A stretch of DNA of 64,000 nt, taken from Basidiobolus meristosporus CBS 931.73 (Eukaryota; Fungi; Basidiobolomycota). Shown one piece after another: positions 60,258-64,000 of this stretch. The notes beneath the pieces were generated by a model. The model was not told where the DNA came from. It ran no database searches and saw nothing but the letters and a program-made list of their open reading frames with translations. The stretch spans positions 22,687-86,686 of the forward strand of contig MCFE01000367.1 of assembly GCA_002104905.1 (NCBI GenBank), written 5' to 3'. The position numbers were made by a program, and so were the translations under genes. The first letter of the stretch is position 1, and every line of letters begins with the position of its first letter.

Positions 60258-61889
60258 ATGCCTCACATGTATGAGCTGGAAGATGAAAAAGCCACCCGTT
60301 CAATAACCATGGCATCCCATGAGTTGCCAAATAGCTCTGTCACCTCTTCTAATCGCATCATCGCCTTTATCCAGTGGCATTATAGCACCACAAGCAATAA
60401 CCGAACCCCCGAGCAGATCGAGAGGGATCGCTATCTCTACGGCAACGTGCCATTCAACCGCTGGCTACTTATGCCATCCGCACTGGTCATCCAGTTTTGT
60501 TGTGGCTCTCTCTACGCATGGAGTGTGTTCAACCGAATGATCGATACCCATGTGAACAACGATCCTGATGCTGGCTTGGCGCCGATTACTTTCTCCATTG
60601 CCGTCGGTATGTTTGGCTTGTCCTCTGCCACCATGGGGCCCTGGCTAGAGCGCAACGGGCCACGAAAGGGGGCGCTCCTGTCAGCAAGTCTATTCTACCT
60701 AGGAAACCTGATTGCCGCCATGGCGATTCATTTCAAGCAAATGTGGCTCCTCTATATTGGATACGGGATTATCGGTGGTTTTGGCCTGGGCCTCGGTTAC
60801 ATTTCTCCAGTCTCTTCCCTGCAAAAATGGTTCCCCGATCGACGCGGGCTGGCGGCTGGTTTTGCGGTCTGCGGGTTCGGAGCTGGCTCGATTGCCATTG
60901 CCAAAATCCCTCAGCCCCTAAAGGAGGTGGTTGGACTCCCGTTGACCTTTGTCATCCTTGGATCATGCTACTTCGTTTGCATGGGACTTGCTGCCTCAGT
61001 GATCCGTGTTCCACCCCCTGGATACGTCGTCGAAAGCACAAAGACCACTGAGGTTACACAGGGGGAGAAGGTAGAAAGTGTCAAGGTTACCATGCAGGAG
61101 CAACCCACCATCAAGCTTACTCTAATCGAGTCCATCAAGTCACGCGACTTCATTTTGATGTACATCACATTCTTCTCCAACGCGGTCTTTGGCTTGGTGG
61201 TGATGTCCAGATTGGCAGACATGCTGACGAACCTCTTCGGCAAATCCCCAGAGGACGCCTCCACCATTGTATCGATCAACGGCGGGTTCAACCTGTTTGG
61301 TCGTATCTTCTTCTCCACCATCTCCGACTATGTTGGCCGCAAAAACTGCTACTTGTTTATGTTAACTAGCCAGACCATCATCTTGATCGCCTTCAAGTCC
61401 ATCATTACATCCAACACCTACTGGGCCTTCTTGTTGTGTATGTGGATCCTCACTGCATGCTATGGCGGCGGCTTTGGAGTTATCCCTGCCTTCCTGACTG
61501 ACATGTATGGAGCTAGCAACATCGGCGCTTGCCACGGAATCATCCTAACTGCCTGGTCAATTGCCGGCGTTGGTGGCGGATTGGTCTTCACCGCGGTATT
61601 CCAACCCTTGAAGGACACCTACGGTCCCAAGAGCGTAATCCCTTATATTACCAACATCTATTGGATCTTAGCATTTGTGGCGCTGGGGTTGCTGGTGTGC
61701 TGCACTGTTCGTGTCACCATCCGTGATCGCCTGTTCCCCGCCGTTCCTGGGCAAATCTTCCGGTTTAGAGCATTTGGCAGGCTTGTGCGACTTGTCAAGG
61801 GGCCAAATGGAATCAAATTTGAGAAATGCAGCAGGGAGCAAGAGGATGCAGAGTGGGCAGCATTCCTAGCCCAGCGCAACTCCGATTAG
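60258..61889 (+). CDS. MFS transporter, oxalate:formate antiporter (OFA)-like family, intronless, about 543 aa
   Basis: About 12 hydrophobic segments; CGSLYAWSVF, GPWLERNGPR, GLGLGYISPVSSLQKWFPDRRGLAAG, SDYVGRK, YGGGFGVIPAFLTDMYG. Start taken as the first ATG; the ORF track uses a TTG/GTG-type start at 60198. Confidence 0.93.
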   Translation: MPHMYELEDEKATRSITMASHELPNSSVTSSNRIIAFIQWHYSTTSNNRTPEQIERDRYLYGNVPFNRWLLMPSALVIQFCCGSLYAWSVFNRMIDTHVNNDPDAGLAPITFSIAVGMFGLSSATMGPWLERNGPRKGALLSASLFYLGNLIAAMAIHFKQMWLLYIGYGIIGGFGLGLGYISPVSSLQKWFPDRRGLAAGFAVCGFGAGSIAIAKIPQPLKEVVGLPLTFVILGSCYFVCMGLAASVIRVPPPGYVVESTKTTEVTQGEKVESVKVTMQEQPTIKLTLIESIKSRDFILMYITFFSNAVFGLVVMSRLADMLTNLFGKSPEDASTIVSINGGFNLFGRIFFSTISDYVGRKNCYLFMLTSQTIILIAFKSIITSNTYWAFLLCMWILTACYGGGFGVIPAFLTDMYGASNIGACHGIILTAWSIAGVGGGLVFTAVFQPLKDTYGPKSVIPYITNIYWILAFVALGLLVCCTVRVTIRDRLFPAVPGQIFRFRAFGRLVRLVKGPNGIKFEKCSREQEDAEWAAFLAQRNSD

Positions 61890-62106
61890 CATCAGCATAG
61901 CAATTCCCCATGAACACCCACCCAATCCCCGTAACCTCAGTGAAGCTACCTTTATTTAGTGCGTTTTGAATCATCCTTGTTCCCAAACAATCACTCATTG
62001 GGTAGTAAAAATTAAAGTACAACAGTAATCTATCTTTCGAGTCTAATCTACAAACTCAGAGAGGGCTCACCCCCCGCTGAAGGTTTCCCGCACTTGAAGT
62101 ATCGGA

Positions 62107-64000
62107 TCAACGTCGAAGCCTCATGAAGAAGGCGTTTTTACATAGGCGACTTCCCTCTGGCAAGTACTTGTCGTAGAAGTTCACGAAAAATTGCTCGGGC
62201 TTGAAGCCAAATTTTTGATATAGAATCTGGCGAGACGTTAGGAGGGTGACATGTCATAGGTGCGTCAGAATCTACTTACCATGGCTGGGTTGTTTGCAAA
62301 GACATGGAGGGTGACGTCCTTACCTATACTGGTCTACAGGTAGAAAACATGAGTAAATAATCATTGATGGAGTGGCCTTGCTCTTTCTTACCTGGATTAG
62401 GTGGTAAAGCATGAATCTGTAACATAGTCAGTATATATCCTGGCCTCTAAAGAAATCTCGCATACTTACTTGCCGATCCCGGCCCCTTCCCAGCCTCGGT
62501 CTACGGCAATGTAAGTGATGTACGCATCAGGGGTCATGAAGGCACAACCGATCACCATCCTCTTGTAGAGTGCAACAATACTAAAGTCGGGAAACAGAAG
62601 TGCTTCCGACACTAGGTAGGAATGAGTATCAGCCCAGAATTGCAAGCCTCAATGTACGTACTGTCGATTCCAGGCCAAAAGCAGCGGCACAAACAGTCAT
62701 TGACTTGTTGAAGATGTTGTGGCTGGAAGTAGCAGTAGTCGATAGGTGCAGATTGTGGTGCGCTCCAATTCGGATCAAGGCTAATTGGGCAACACAATGG
62801 TCAACAAACCCTATTCATGACGGTCTCCAAGTCATTGGTGTCTTACCGGTTGGAATACCGGACAATGTCCTCTAATAGCTGTAACTTGGGTGGCTTCGAT
62901 TCGTAATCTCTTCTGATATACGGGCGAAGCTTGCGGCCGAAGTAAGGGCTTTTCCAAGCTTGGAAGGATGTCAATGTGTTGGACAATTCGGGATCTCCAT
63001 AAAGTCGTCGCGCAAAAGAGTGCTTATGTGGAGTGTATGTGCTCTGCTCGTAGTCGTGAGTTTACATGTTCTGGAATACAGTAGATACTTGGCCAACGAT
63101 ACCTTCTCAAGCTGCATGATTTTCTGATTCGTAATGACCGTCTCGTCCTTCTCCGGTTGTTCGCTCAGCTTTTTGCGCTTAGAAGTTGCAGCCTTTGTTA
63201 CTCCTTCCACTCGTACTTGCGACTTCAGGTAATTGTTGATTGTCTTGTCAATGTCGAAAATAGGTATATCAAAGCCGCGTTTAAGCTACAATCTTTTGGT
63301 CAGTACTTGTTGAAGCCCCGATCCTTAAATTTACTTACCCGACGTAGATGTAGCTTACGCTTCAACCGTAGCGCTTTTGCAGTTAGAGGTTTTCTAGAGT
63401 GCTCGAGTTTTTGAAGAAGCTCCCACTCTTCTTGTTCATCCAGTGTTTTCTTGCCGACAGCACCTGCGCTGATATATTCTCTCGCGTGCTATAACGGTTG
63501 AATGTTATAGAGTAACTCTACTCGGGGTTATGAGGAATCCTGCATACCTTAGCTTGGGAAGCTTCTGGCATTCTGGCTTGCGAGGCAACTTCGTCCATCA
63601 CCTGCAATGATGTTTCCTATACGTAGATTTTAGTAAGTAATGAATCGCTGCTCATGAGTAAATAGTATGCTTCTACGTTTAACTCTGATTTCGGTGAGCG
63701 CTCCGATTCAAGTGTTATTGAGGTAGTTTGAATCACTTTTGGTGGAGAATTTGGGTAAAGGCGGCTCTTATTCCTTCCTCTGGGTCAATTGAAGTGGAGT
63801 TTGATTTTCGAGTGACTGAGTGGACTCCAATACATGCTCAGCGCACGAGGATTCAGCTTCGTTAGATTCTACGTTGCTAAATTCGGTAGAGGTGGTGTTT
63901 ATCGTTGAGGTGTTTCCAATTTGTAGTTCGAGAGTAGTATCCACAGTTGAATCAGTAACCTCCTCTTTAATGGTGAAATTCTCCGCGGGAGTTGTTCTCT
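62107..64000 (-). CDS. KAT14: KAT14/CSRP2BP-like GNAT acetyltransferase, multi-exon, 5' end outside the window
   Basis: Spliced C-terminus SPYFGRKLRPYIRRDYESKPPKL...PIDYCYFQPQH...FWPGIDMSEALLFPDFSIVALYKRMVIG...FMLYHLIQTSIGKDVTLHVFANNPAMILYQKFGFK...FYDKY...KNAFFMRLRR* follows the human CSRP2BP C-terminus as I recall it. Introns 62469-62417, 62391-62334 and 62279-62227, among others. Confidence 0.85.

Overview
Eukaryotic, almost certainly fungal, genomic DNA (short GT-AG introns with CTAAC branch points). The gene set suggests an early-diverging lineage, which is inference. The window has two sharply separated compartments. (1) About 1-54,240 is an AT-rich, CpG-depleted block of nested transposons with no host genes. 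It holds two Ty1/copia families (A and C), a Ty3/gypsy family with one full-length copy (uninterrupted 1377-aa gag-pol, 4-bp TSD), an orphan 1.07-kb LTR family, and several CACTA/EnSpm (Tnp2 + DUF4218-like) remnants with a divergent, repeat-containing second ORF. It also holds a DNA-transposon family defined here by AGACTTGTT termini and 3-bp TSDs, present as a two-ORF element, long foldback palindromes and a 211-bp MITE. Many insertions have readable TSDs, and several have empty-site paralogues in the same window. (2) About 54,700-64,000 is CpG-normal and gene-dense: La protein, an Mpo1/DUF962 protein, a Ppn2/ApaH-like metallophosphoesterase, an intronless OFA-family MFS transporter and the 3' part of a KAT14/CSRP2BP-like acetyltransferase. 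All alignments and identities were done by eye; no database searches were run.
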